Shown: piece after piece, positions 9,024-15,636 of the stretch
Layout: each line of letters begins with the position of its first letter
Position numbering within the stretch: position 1 is the stretch's first letter
Assembly: GCF_900631615.1 (NCBI RefSeq)
Contig: NZ_LR131273.1
Coordinates: 2,302,850-2,326,849, forward strand
Direction of reading: 5' to 3'
Source: Tsukamurella paurometabola
Lineage (GTDB): Bacteria > Actinomycetota > Actinomycetes > Mycobacteriales > Mycobacteriaceae
Length of the DNA stretch: 24,000 nucleotides
Position numbers and translations under genes: made by a program
Notes under the pieces: model-generated
What the model saw: the letters and a program-made list of their open reading frames with translations, nothing else
Database searches by the model: none
What the model was told of the DNA's origin: nothing

Positions 9024-9767
9024 CTAGCGGTTCTGCTCGGGGCGGGTGAGGAAGATGGGTTTGCCGAAGGTGGTGAGGGTGTCGTCGGTGGCGTCGGTGC
9101 TGATGGCGACGGTGGCGTAGGTGCGGACTTGGACGCCGCCGATGCAGTTGTCGACGGCGATGCGGATGTCGCGGGACATGACTTGGGCGTTGGGGCCGAC
9201 GACGGCCTTCTTGGCGTAGGGGATGTCTTTGGTGGTGCCGGGCTTGAGGATTCCGGAGATGTTGCCGGTCTCGGTGACGGTGTCCGAGAGGGTGCCGGAG
9301 AGGCTGCCGGTTCCGGTGCCGGAGACGCTGCCGCCACCTTGCCCGCCGCCGGAGCCGCCCTGTCCTTGTCCGGTGACGGTGCCGGACGCGCTGACTGTCG
9401 GCGTGATCGAGGCGGTGGTCGCGTTCGACAGTGACCCGCCAAGGGTCAAGCTGTCGGCGGTGACAGCGCAGCCAATTTGTGTACCCGTGGTCAGTGTTGC
9501 CGACTTAATTCGGCTGGTGGGCTTACGCTTTGGGTCGTTGGGGTGTTCGGCTTCGATCTTCGCTTCGCCGCCTATGGAGCTGAAGCCTTCGAAGCTCTGG
9601 GGCGATCGGTTGAGCGGCGGGACGGAGTCGAGCTTCTCTCCGAATTTGCTGACGGTGACTTTCCATCCGTCGCGGGTGATCAGTTCGCGACTGGTGTCGG
9701 CGAACTCGCCCTCGCGGATCTGCCCGGGGACCGGGACGCGCATCCGCGGTGCGGGCGGCGGGGTCAC
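9024..9767 (-). CDS. MspA-family mycomembrane porin (the annotated ORF lacks its signal peptide; the in-frame signal-like region continues to about 9938)
   Basis: By-eye alignment to M. smegmatis MspA: RDGWKVTVSKFGEKLDSVPPLNRSPQSFEGFSSIGGEAKI vs DRTLTVQQWDTFLNGVFPLDRNRLTREWFHSGRAKYI. TGTQIG matches LGYQIG. The C-terminal GGVQVRTYATVAISTDATDDTLTTFGKP matches GGVLLRPFARLIASTGDSVTTYGEP. The only canonical start in frame is GTG at 9767. Upstream in-frame codons encode RTSAASKTLVALCAAAAAATLAAGPVIAAPAP. Confidence 0.7.
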   Translation of the reverse strand: MTPPPAPRMRVPVPGQIREGEFADTSRELITRDGWKVTVSKFGEKLDSVPPLNRSPQSFEGFSSIGGEAKIEAEHPNDPKRKPTSRIKSATLTTGTQIGCAVTADSLTLGGSLSNATTASITPTVSASGTVTGQGQGGSGGGQGGGSVSGTGTGSLSGTLSDTVTETGNISGILKPGTTKDIPYAKKAVVGPNAQVMSRDIRIAVDNCIGGVQVRTYATVAISTDATDDTLTTFGKPIFLTRPEQNR

Positions 9768-9992
9768 CGCCGCCGGGGCGGCGGGCTTCGCGGCCGCCGC
9801 CGCGGGAGTCGGCTTGGGTGCCGGCGCCGGTGCGGCGATGACGGGGCCGGCGGCGAGCGTGGCCGCTGCGGCGGCGGCGCAGAGCGCGACGAGTGTCTTC
9901 GATGCCGCAGACGTACGGGTGCCACAACGGCCTACGCCTCATACCAGGAAGCAAAACAAACCGGAGACACCGGAAAGGCTGTCACAAAGGGC

Positions 9993-10214
9993 GTGGGTAG
10001 CCTTGCTGGTGCCGCTACAGGTGCCGCAATCGGCACCATGCTCTTCCCCGGTGTGGGAACACTGGCGGGCGCGGGTATCGGCGCTGTGGGGGCGGTTATC
10101 GGATCAGGGGTGGGAACCACCCTCGTTGACAAGGGGTACGATACCGCACTAAGTGCCGGTAAGGCTGTGGGCAAAGGGATTGGAAAAGCGGCATCTAAAC
10201 TGAAGTTCTGGTAG
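9993..10214 (+). CDS. Small glycine-zipper membrane protein with a Lys-rich amphipathic tail (about 73 aa; start uncertain)
   Basis: The frame is open from far upstream, where it is antisense to the porin, but the composition changes at about 9942. The first plausible starts are GTG 9993 (GGAAAGG lies 15 nt upstream) or ATG 10038. The sequence GVGSLAGAATGAAIGTMLFPGVGTLAGAGIGAVGAVIGSGVG holds at least seven overlapping GxxxG units. The tail is DKGYDTALSAGKAVGKGIGKAASKLKFW. TAG stop at 10212-10214. Confidence 0.45.
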   Translation: MGSLAGAATGAAIGTMLFPGVGTLAGAGIGAVGAVIGSGVGTTLVDKGYDTALSAGKAVGKGIGKAASKLKFW

Positions 10215-10236
10215 CCCGAGAAGAAATGGCGCGATC

Positions 10237-11055
10237 ATGAATTCAATTGCAAGTCGATGGCCGGCCGAATGGCCGAAATGGAAGATGGTCGGAGCATGGT
10301 TTGTTGCCGCCGTTCTTACAGTAGGCCTGACGGTCTTATTACTTGCGTCGTGCGCCAAATGGATCACCAGTATAAGTTCGCTAAAGGGGCGTGAGATAGT
10401 CGTAAATCTATCTGGGGCAAGCGTGCTTGCTGCGGGATTATGCATATCTCTTTCTGCGCTCATGAACATTCGAATCCGACGACGTGGTATCGCCAGGGTC
10501 ACCCCTGGTGGTAGCCCTACCTCAGCCAGGGTGGAGATTCAGTCGGCAATCTCCGTAACTCGCGTGTTCCCGATGGCTGTCGCCGTGTTTGCGTCGCTTG
10601 CCGGAGCTCTGGGGGTTGCCGCATCGATCGGGAACTGGACAGTCAAGGGGGGGTTGTATGTGTTGTTCTGGGCAACGTGGACTGCGGTCGGCGTTTATAG
10701 CATCAGGAAGATTGCCAAGACCAGTAATCCAGAACTCTTTTTCACGCTCAATGACATTTCCGTTGGTAGTCGGCGCGTTAGATGGGATGACATAGCAGAT
10801 GTGAGGCCGGCGCTTCGAGGCGCGTACCCTGTGATCGAGGCGGTTTGGCATCGCGCAGTAGGCGGCGGCGGCTACGGATCAAAGGAGGGGGTCCTAACCA
10901 TACACCCCGTTCGCTATCATTTGGACAGCTACACGATGTTGAGTGCGATCCGCCTTCTGTCACAGAGTGCTGAAACCAGGGAGCGAGCTATTAACTCTCC
11001 AGACTATGCCACCCTCCTCTTTAGTCGTGATACGACCCCGCCGGTCAGCGTGTAA
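10237..11055 (+). CDS. Hypothetical polytopic membrane protein, 272 aa (4 predicted TM helices plus a roughly 110-aa soluble C-terminal domain)
   Basis: ATG at 10237, 22 nt after the glycine-zipper ORF. Hydrophobic segments lie at about aa 17-38, 56-76, 108-131 and 136-156. The C-terminal part (LFFTLNDISVGSRRVRWDDIADV...GVLTIHPVRY) is reminiscent of bacterial PH-like domains that follow TM hairpins. About 50-57% GC by hand count, and I recognise no family. Confidence 0.6.
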   Translation: MNSIASRWPAEWPKWKMVGAWFVAAVLTVGLTVLLLASCAKWITSISSLKGREIVVNLSGASVLAAGLCISLSALMNIRIRRRGIARVTPGGSPTSARVEIQSAISVTRVFPMAVAVFASLAGALGVAASIGNWTVKGGLYVLFWATWTAVGVYSIRKIAKTSNPELFFTLNDISVGSRRVRWDDIADVRPALRGAYPVIEAVWHRAVGGGGYGSKEGVLTIHPVRYHLDSYTMLSAIRLLSQSAETRERAINSPDYATLLFSRDTTPPVSV

Positions 11056-11090
11056 GCGATTACACCTACCTAACAAGATTGGAAACAGGA

Positions 11091-11354
11091 ATGGCAAGGG
11101 GAACTGAACAAAAATACTCAGCAGAGGAATACAAGCAGGAGTGGAAACTGAATGCTCTCATGCTGACGCTAGGAGTTCTGGCGATCACTGGCGCGACGAT
11201 TGCGTTATTCAACTTAGACGAATTTTCTGCACGGATTGCCTACGGTTTCGTCCTGCCTGTTTCTGTGGTTGCTATATATAACGGGGGTAAATGGCTGTTT
11301 CGCAGCGTACTATGGTTCCGAAGCAATAGACCCCGCGCGTCGCTGCAGTCATAG
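11091..11354 (+). CDS. Hypothetical small two-TM membrane protein, about 87 aa
   Basis: ATG at 11091 is preceded by GGAAACAGGA; the track uses TTG at 11079. Two hydrophobic segments are present (LNALMLTLGVLAITGATIALF and IAYGFVLPVSVVAIY). About 42-50% GC. The TAG stop at 11352-11354 sits inside a hairpin. Confidence 0.5.
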   Translation: MARGTEQKYSAEEYKQEWKLNALMLTLGVLAITGATIALFNLDEFSARIAYGFVLPVSVVAIYNGGKWLFRSVLWFRSNRPRASLQS

Positions 11355-11367
11355 CATGAGTGCAGCG
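11341..11367 (+). terminator. Hairpin at the end of the low-GC cassette (possible intrinsic terminator without a U-tract)
   Basis: CGCTGCAGTCAT-agc-ATGAGTGCAGCG gives 11 of 12 paired positions with one G/G mismatch. It spans the stop codon of the 87-aa ORF. No T-run follows, so function is uncertain. Confidence 0.3.
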
Positions 11368-11380
11368 TCATTACGGTCCG

Positions 11381-11455
11381 TCTCAGCAAAGCATCGCGAA
11401 CGATCGTTCGTGAAACACCTTGGCCGCTGACCTGTTCGCCCAGGTCGAAGATGTA
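11381..11455 (-). pseudogene. Possible fragment of a GntR-type winged-helix regulator (HTH recognition helix only)
   Basis: The minus-strand reading YIFDLGEQVSGQGVSRTIVRDALLR contains GVSRTIVRDAL, close to the GntR-family signature GVSRtpVReAL. There is no start codon, the similarity stops on both sides, and no effector domain follows. Confidence 0.25.
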
Positions 11456-11653
11456 ACGCGACCCGTGTCCGCAACAACGTCACGCACTCCCTCGTTCTCG
11501 ATACAGTCGAGTGCATGCGAGCCGGATACGGAGAGGTTCCACCCGTGATCGACACCTCGAAGCTCTGCACGACGCACTCACTGGGGCCGGCTGCGACGAG
11601 GTGGAGGGACCGTCGCGGCTCCCGAGTGAACCAGGAGTCACCAGGATCGGTTA

Positions 11654-13138
11654 GTGTCCCGAATCATGACCACCTCACCTGCGGCACCGTCGGACCCGGA
11701 GGAGGGTGAGCACCTCACCCGAGCCCTGAGCAACCGCCACATCCAGCTCATCGCCATCGGCGGCGCCATCGGCACCGGCCTGTTCATGGGTTCCGGCAAG
11801 ACGATCTCGGTCGCCGGGCCGTCGGTGATCCTCGTGTACATGGTGATCGGCTTCATGCTGTACTTCGTCATGCGCGCGATGGGCGAGCTGCTGCTCAGCC
11901 GCACCGGCTACCGCAACTTCTCCGACTTCGCGGGCGACATCCTCGGCCCGTGGGCCGCGCATTTCACCGGATGGACCTACTGGTTCTGCTGGGTCGTCAC
12001 CGCCGTCGCCGACGTGGTGGTCATCGCGTCGGTCTACATCACCTTCTGGGCGAAGGACATTCCGCCGTGGATCCCCGCGGTCGCCGTGATCGTGCTGCTC
12101 ATCGGCCTCAACCTGCCGACGGTCCGCGCGTTCGGTGAGACCGAGTTCTGGTTCGCCATGATCAAGATCGTCGCCATCGTGGCGCTCATCGTCGTGGGCG
12201 CGGTGCTCATCATCACCGGCTTCGAGCACGACGGTGCCCGCGCCTCGCTCGCCAACCTCTGGGAGCACGGCGGCGTGTTCCCCCAGGGGTTCATGGGCTT
12301 CGTCGCCGGCTTCCAGATCGCCGTGTTCGCGTTCGTCGGCATCGAACTCGTGGGCACCGCGGCCGCCGAGACCAAGAACCCCGAGAAGAACCTGCCCCGC
12401 GCGATCAACGCCATCCCCATCCGTATCCTGCTGTTCTACGTCGGCTCGCTGGTGATCCTCATGTCCGTGGTGCCGTGGGACCGGTTCAGCAAGGACGAGT
12501 CGCCGTTCGTCATGCTCTTCACCCTCGCCGGGCTGGGCGCCGCCGCCCACCTCGTGAACGCGGTCGTCCTCACCTCGGCCATGTCGTCGGCGAACTCGGG
12601 CATCTACTCCACCTCGCGCATGGTGTACGGCCTCGCCACCGAGGGCGACGCACCGAAGGTCTTCGCCAAGCTCTCGGGCCGCAAGGTGCCCCAGAACGCG
12701 CTGTTCCTCACCGGCGTGATGCTGCTGTCGTCGGTCGTACTGCTCGCCTTCGGGCTGGACAAGTCGGCGGGCTTCACCGTGGTCACCACGGTCTCGTCGC
12801 TGTGCTTCATGTTCGTCTGGACGATCATCCTGGCCAGCTACCTCGTCTACCGCTCCCGGCGTCCTCAGGCGCACGCCGAGAGCGCCTTCAAGATGCCGCT
12901 CGGCACGATCATGCCGTGGGTGGTCTTCGCCTTCTTCCTGTTCCTGCTGTGGGCGTTCACGCGCGAGACGGACACGCTGCAGGCGATGCTCGTGACGCCG
13001 ATCTGGTTCCTCATCGTGGGTGTCGCCTATCTCGTGTTGCGCCGCAACCCCGAGCACCTCGCCGCCCGGCAGGCGTTCGCCGCGCGGGTCCAGGAGGAGA
13101 AGCGGGCCGCGGCGCAGTGGCGCGCCGCGCAGCACTGA
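11654..13138 (+). CDS. APC-superfamily amino-acid permease (AnsP/CycA-like), 494 aa
   Basis: The N-terminal block NRHIQLIAIGGAIGTGLFMGSG, with FAFVGIELVGTAAAETKNP and later blocks, aligns by eye along the whole length with E. coli AnsP. GTG at 11654 has AGGA 6 nt upstream. An in-frame ATG at 11666 is an alternative start. Confidence 0.85.
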   Translation: MSRIMTTSPAAPSDPEEGEHLTRALSNRHIQLIAIGGAIGTGLFMGSGKTISVAGPSVILVYMVIGFMLYFVMRAMGELLLSRTGYRNFSDFAGDILGPWAAHFTGWTYWFCWVVTAVADVVVIASVYITFWAKDIPPWIPAVAVIVLLIGLNLPTVRAFGETEFWFAMIKIVAIVALIVVGAVLIITGFEHDGARASLANLWEHGGVFPQGFMGFVAGFQIAVFAFVGIELVGTAAAETKNPEKNLPRAINAIPIRILLFYVGSLVILMSVVPWDRFSKDESPFVMLFTLAGLGAAAHLVNAVVLTSAMSSANSGIYSTSRMVYGLATEGDAPKVFAKLSGRKVPQNALFLTGVMLLSSVVLLAFGLDKSAGFTVVTTVSSLCFMFVWTIILASYLVYRSRRPQAHAESAFKMPLGTIMPWVVFAFFLFLLWAFTRETDTLQAMLVTPIWFLIVGVAYLVLRRNPEHLAARQAFAARVQEEKRAAAQWRAAQH

Positions 13139-13144
13139 GCCGCC

Positions 13145-14356
13145 TCAGTCCTGCTCGGCGAGCATCGGCGCGTCGGGGCCCAACGGCCGGTGCAGGAGCG
13201 AGCCGCGGGTCACCGCCGCACGCCCGAACCGGCTCCGCAGGGAGTCCATCGCGAGGTCCAGGTCCGCGTCGTGCTCACCGCCGTCGAAGGGCAGCGCCAG
13301 CTGAACTGCGCCGTGGTTCTCCAGGTTCGCCAGCGACAGCCCGATCAGGGTGCATCCGCGCTCGCGGACCAATGGCATCGCCTCGTCGAGCAGGGCCCGC
13401 GCGGTGGCGAGCACGACCTCCGTCCGGTCGGTCGGTTCGCGCAGGGAGCGCGACCGGGTCACCGACGTGAAGTCGTCGAACCGCAGCCGTAGTTCGACGG
13501 TCCGCGTGACCCGCCCCGCGGCTCGCAGGCGTTCGCCGAGGCGGTCGACGATCGCGAGGGCGGTGCCCTCGATCTCGGCCTCGGACTTCCGCCTCCGGCC
13601 CAGCGCTCGTTGCGCGCCGATGGACTTGCGTCGCCGACCCGTGTCCACGCGGCGCGGGTCGTGGGCCATCGACAGCGCGTACAGATGCCGCGCGGTGCCC
13701 CGGCCGAGGAAGGCGGCGAGACGGTGCTCGCCGAGCTCGGCGATCTGGCCGACGGTGGCGATCCCGACCTCGTGCAGTCGGGCCTCGGTCTTCGGGCCGA
13801 CGCCCCACAGCCGCCGGACCGGCAGCGGGTGCAGGAACTGCAGCTCCGTGCCGGGCGGGACCTCGAGCAGGCCGTCGGGCTTGCCGACGGCGCTGGCGAC
13901 CTTGGCGAGGAACTTGCTGCGCGCCACGCCGACGGTGATCGGCAGCCCGACCTCGGTGCGCACCCGCTCGCGGAGCCGCGCGGCGATCTGTGCGGGAGTC
14001 CCGCGGATGGCGTGGAGGCCGCCGACGTCGAGGAAGGCCTCGTCGACCGACAATCCCTCGACCAGCGGGGTCGTGTCCCGGAAGATCGCGAAGACGCGGC
14101 GGCTGGCCTCCATGTACGCCTCGAAGCGCGGCGGCTGGGTGATCGCGAACGGGGCGAGGGCCAGGGCCTCGCGGTGCGGCATGGGGGAGCGCACGCCCTT
14201 CGCCTTCGCCTCGTAGCTCGCGGCCAGCACGACCCCCGAGCCCACCAGCACGGGGCGGCCCCGGAGCCACGGGTGGTCGCGCTGCTCGACCGAGGCGTAG
14301 AAGGAGTCGAGGTCGGCATGCAGGATCGACGCCTCGGCCCGCACCTCCATGCTCAT
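13145..14356 (-). CDS. dinB: DNA polymerase IV (Y-family)
   Basis: ILHADLDSFYASVEQRD, LSVDEAFLDV, PITVGVARSKFLAKVAS and LWGVGPKT are canonical DinB/Y-family motifs. The gene is 403 aa and convergent with the permease, with 6 bp between the two stops. Confidence 0.9.
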   Translation of the reverse strand: MSMEVRAEASILHADLDSFYASVEQRDHPWLRGRPVLVGSGVVLAASYEAKAKGVRSPMPHREALALAPFAITQPPRFEAYMEASRRVFAIFRDTTPLVEGLSVDEAFLDVGGLHAIRGTPAQIAARLRERVRTEVGLPITVGVARSKFLAKVASAVGKPDGLLEVPPGTELQFLHPLPVRRLWGVGPKTEARLHEVGIATVGQIAELGEHRLAAFLGRGTARHLYALSMAHDPRRVDTGRRRKSIGAQRALGRRRKSEAEIEGTALAIVDRLGERLRAAGRVTRTVELRLRFDDFTSVTRSRSLREPTDRTEVVLATARALLDEAMPLVRERGCTLIGLSLANLENHGAVQLALPFDGGEHDADLDLAMDSLRSRFGRAAVTRGSLLHRPLGPDAPMLAEQD

Positions 14357-14544
14357 GACCGCAGTATCGCGCCGGGGTCCGACAAGTGTTCTCCGCCCGA
14401 CGGGTCGGAACCCGACGACCCGGCCGGAGGAGGTCGTCCCGCGTCCTGATCGGTAGCTGACGTCACGAAACGGAGGACGGGACCGTCGATCGTGACTAGC
14501 ATCGTGGAATGGAGCCAGCAGATCGTTCCGGTGCTCCTGCGACG

Positions 14545-15636
14545 ATGAGGGCAGTGCAGTTGGTCGCCCACGGCGGCCTGGACAACCTCGTCTACCGCGA
14601 GGACGTACCCGTTCCCAGCCCCGCCCCCGGCGAGGTGCTCATCGACGTCCACGCGTGCGGCATGAACAACACCGACGTGTGGGTCCGCGAGGGCGCCTAC
14701 GGCACCGAGACCGACCCCGGGTCGGTGTCCACGTGGCGGCGCGGCCGCTCGACCCTGACCTTTCCGCGGATCCAGGGCGCCGACATCGTCGGGCGGATCG
14801 CCGCCGTCGGCGAGGGGGTCGACGCGGGCCGGGTGGGCCAGCGCGTGATGGTGGACTTCAGCCTCTACAACCGTCCCGAGGGGGACGAGAGCCTGGCCGA
14901 CATCGACTACATCGGCCACGGTCGCGACGGCGGCTACGCCGAATTCGTCACCGTCCCCGCGGAGAACGCCCACGCCGTGGTCACCGACATGGCGGACGCC
15001 GAGCTCGCGACCTTCTGCTGCGCCTACCTCACCGCGGAGCAGATGCTCGACCGGGCGCGGCTGGCCGGCGGGGAGAACGTCGTCGTGACCGGGGCTTCCG
15101 GCGGCGTCGGCTCGGCGATCGTCCAGCTGGCCCGGGTGCGCGGTGCGGTCCCCTACGCCATCACGAGCCGGGGCAAGGAACAGGCGCTGCTCGACATCGG
15201 GGCGGAGCGGGCCGTCCTGCGCGGCGAGGGGGACCTCGTCGGCGAGGTCGAGCGGGTGGTCGACGGTCCCGTGGACGTGGTGGCCGATCTCGTCGCGGGG
15301 TCGATGTTCAACGACCTGCTGCGGATACTGCGCCCGGAGGGCCGCTACACGACCGCCGGCGCCATCGGCGGTGCCGTGGTTCAGCTCGACCTGCGGACGA
15401 TGTACTTGAAACAGCTCGAGCTGCACGGTTCCTCGCAGGGCACCCGCACGGCGTTCCGCCGTCTGGTCGGCTACATCGAGGCGGGTGCCGTCCGACCGCT
15501 GCTGCACGGCACCTACCGGCTGTCGCGGCTCCGGGACGCCCAGCGCGAGTTCATGGCGAAGACCTACGTGGGGAACCTCGTGGTCGTGCCCGACCGGCAC
15601 TGGGCGGACGTGGGGGCGCCCCATGCTGCGGCGTGA
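14545..15636 (+). CDS. MDR-superfamily NAD(P)-dependent oxidoreductase, zinc-independent (quinone-oxidoreductase-like)
   Basis: MRAVQL...GEVLIDVHACGMNNTD, GADIVG in place of the catalytic GHE, and VTGASGGVGS as the cofactor loop. ATG at 14545 is preferred by family N-terminus; an in-frame ATG at 14509 is the alternative. Confidence 0.8.
   Translation: MRAVQLVAHGGLDNLVYREDVPVPSPAPGEVLIDVHACGMNNTDVWVREGAYGTETDPGSVSTWRRGRSTLTFPRIQGADIVGRIAAVGEGVDAGRVGQRVMVDFSLYNRPEGDESLADIDYIGHGRDGGYAEFVTVPAENAHAVVTDMADAELATFCCAYLTAEQMLDRARLAGGENVVVTGASGGVGSAIVQLARVRGAVPYAITSRGKEQALLDIGAERAVLRGEGDLVGEVERVVDGPVDVVADLVAGSMFNDLLRILRPEGRYTTAGAIGGAVVQLDLRTMYLKQLELHGSSQGTRTAFRRLVGYIEAGAVRPLLHGTYRLSRLRDAQREFMAKTYVGNLVVVPDRHWADVGAPHAAA

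Noticed and set aside
9477-9992. The upstream 170 codons of the 245-aa plus-strand ORF that ends in the glycine-zipper sequence
   Set aside because: This part is antisense to the MspA-like porin gene and has the porin's composition. Its translation is Arg/Gly-rich nonsense. Only the part after the composition break at about 9942 is considered potentially coding.
11590-11619. A 9-bp stem (one G-U pair) with a 12-nt loop AGGTGGAGGGAC, 35-65 nt upstream of the amino-acid permease start
   Set aside because: It may be a 5'-UTR structure. I recognise no riboswitch or leader-peptide features, and GC-rich DNA yields such stems by chance.
9944-11648. The heptamer ACCAGGA occurs near both edges of the low-GC cassette (9944-9950; 11631-11637 and 11642-11648), suggesting att-like direct repeats
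   Set aside because: A 7-mer is expected a few times by chance in 24 kb on two strands. The flanking bases do not extend the match, and no integrase or recombinase gene is present.
13135-13148. A mini-hairpin CTGAG-ccgc-CTCAG containing the stop codons of both convergent genes (permease and dinB)
   Set aside because: A 5-bp stem with a 4-nt loop is too short to argue for a bidirectional terminator. It is probably coincidental.
14380-14391. A possible SOS (LexA) box upstream of dinB: CGAC-AAGT-GTTC
   Set aside because: Only the right half matches the actinobacterial GAAC-N4-GTTC consensus, and the left half has two mismatches. This is too weak to call.
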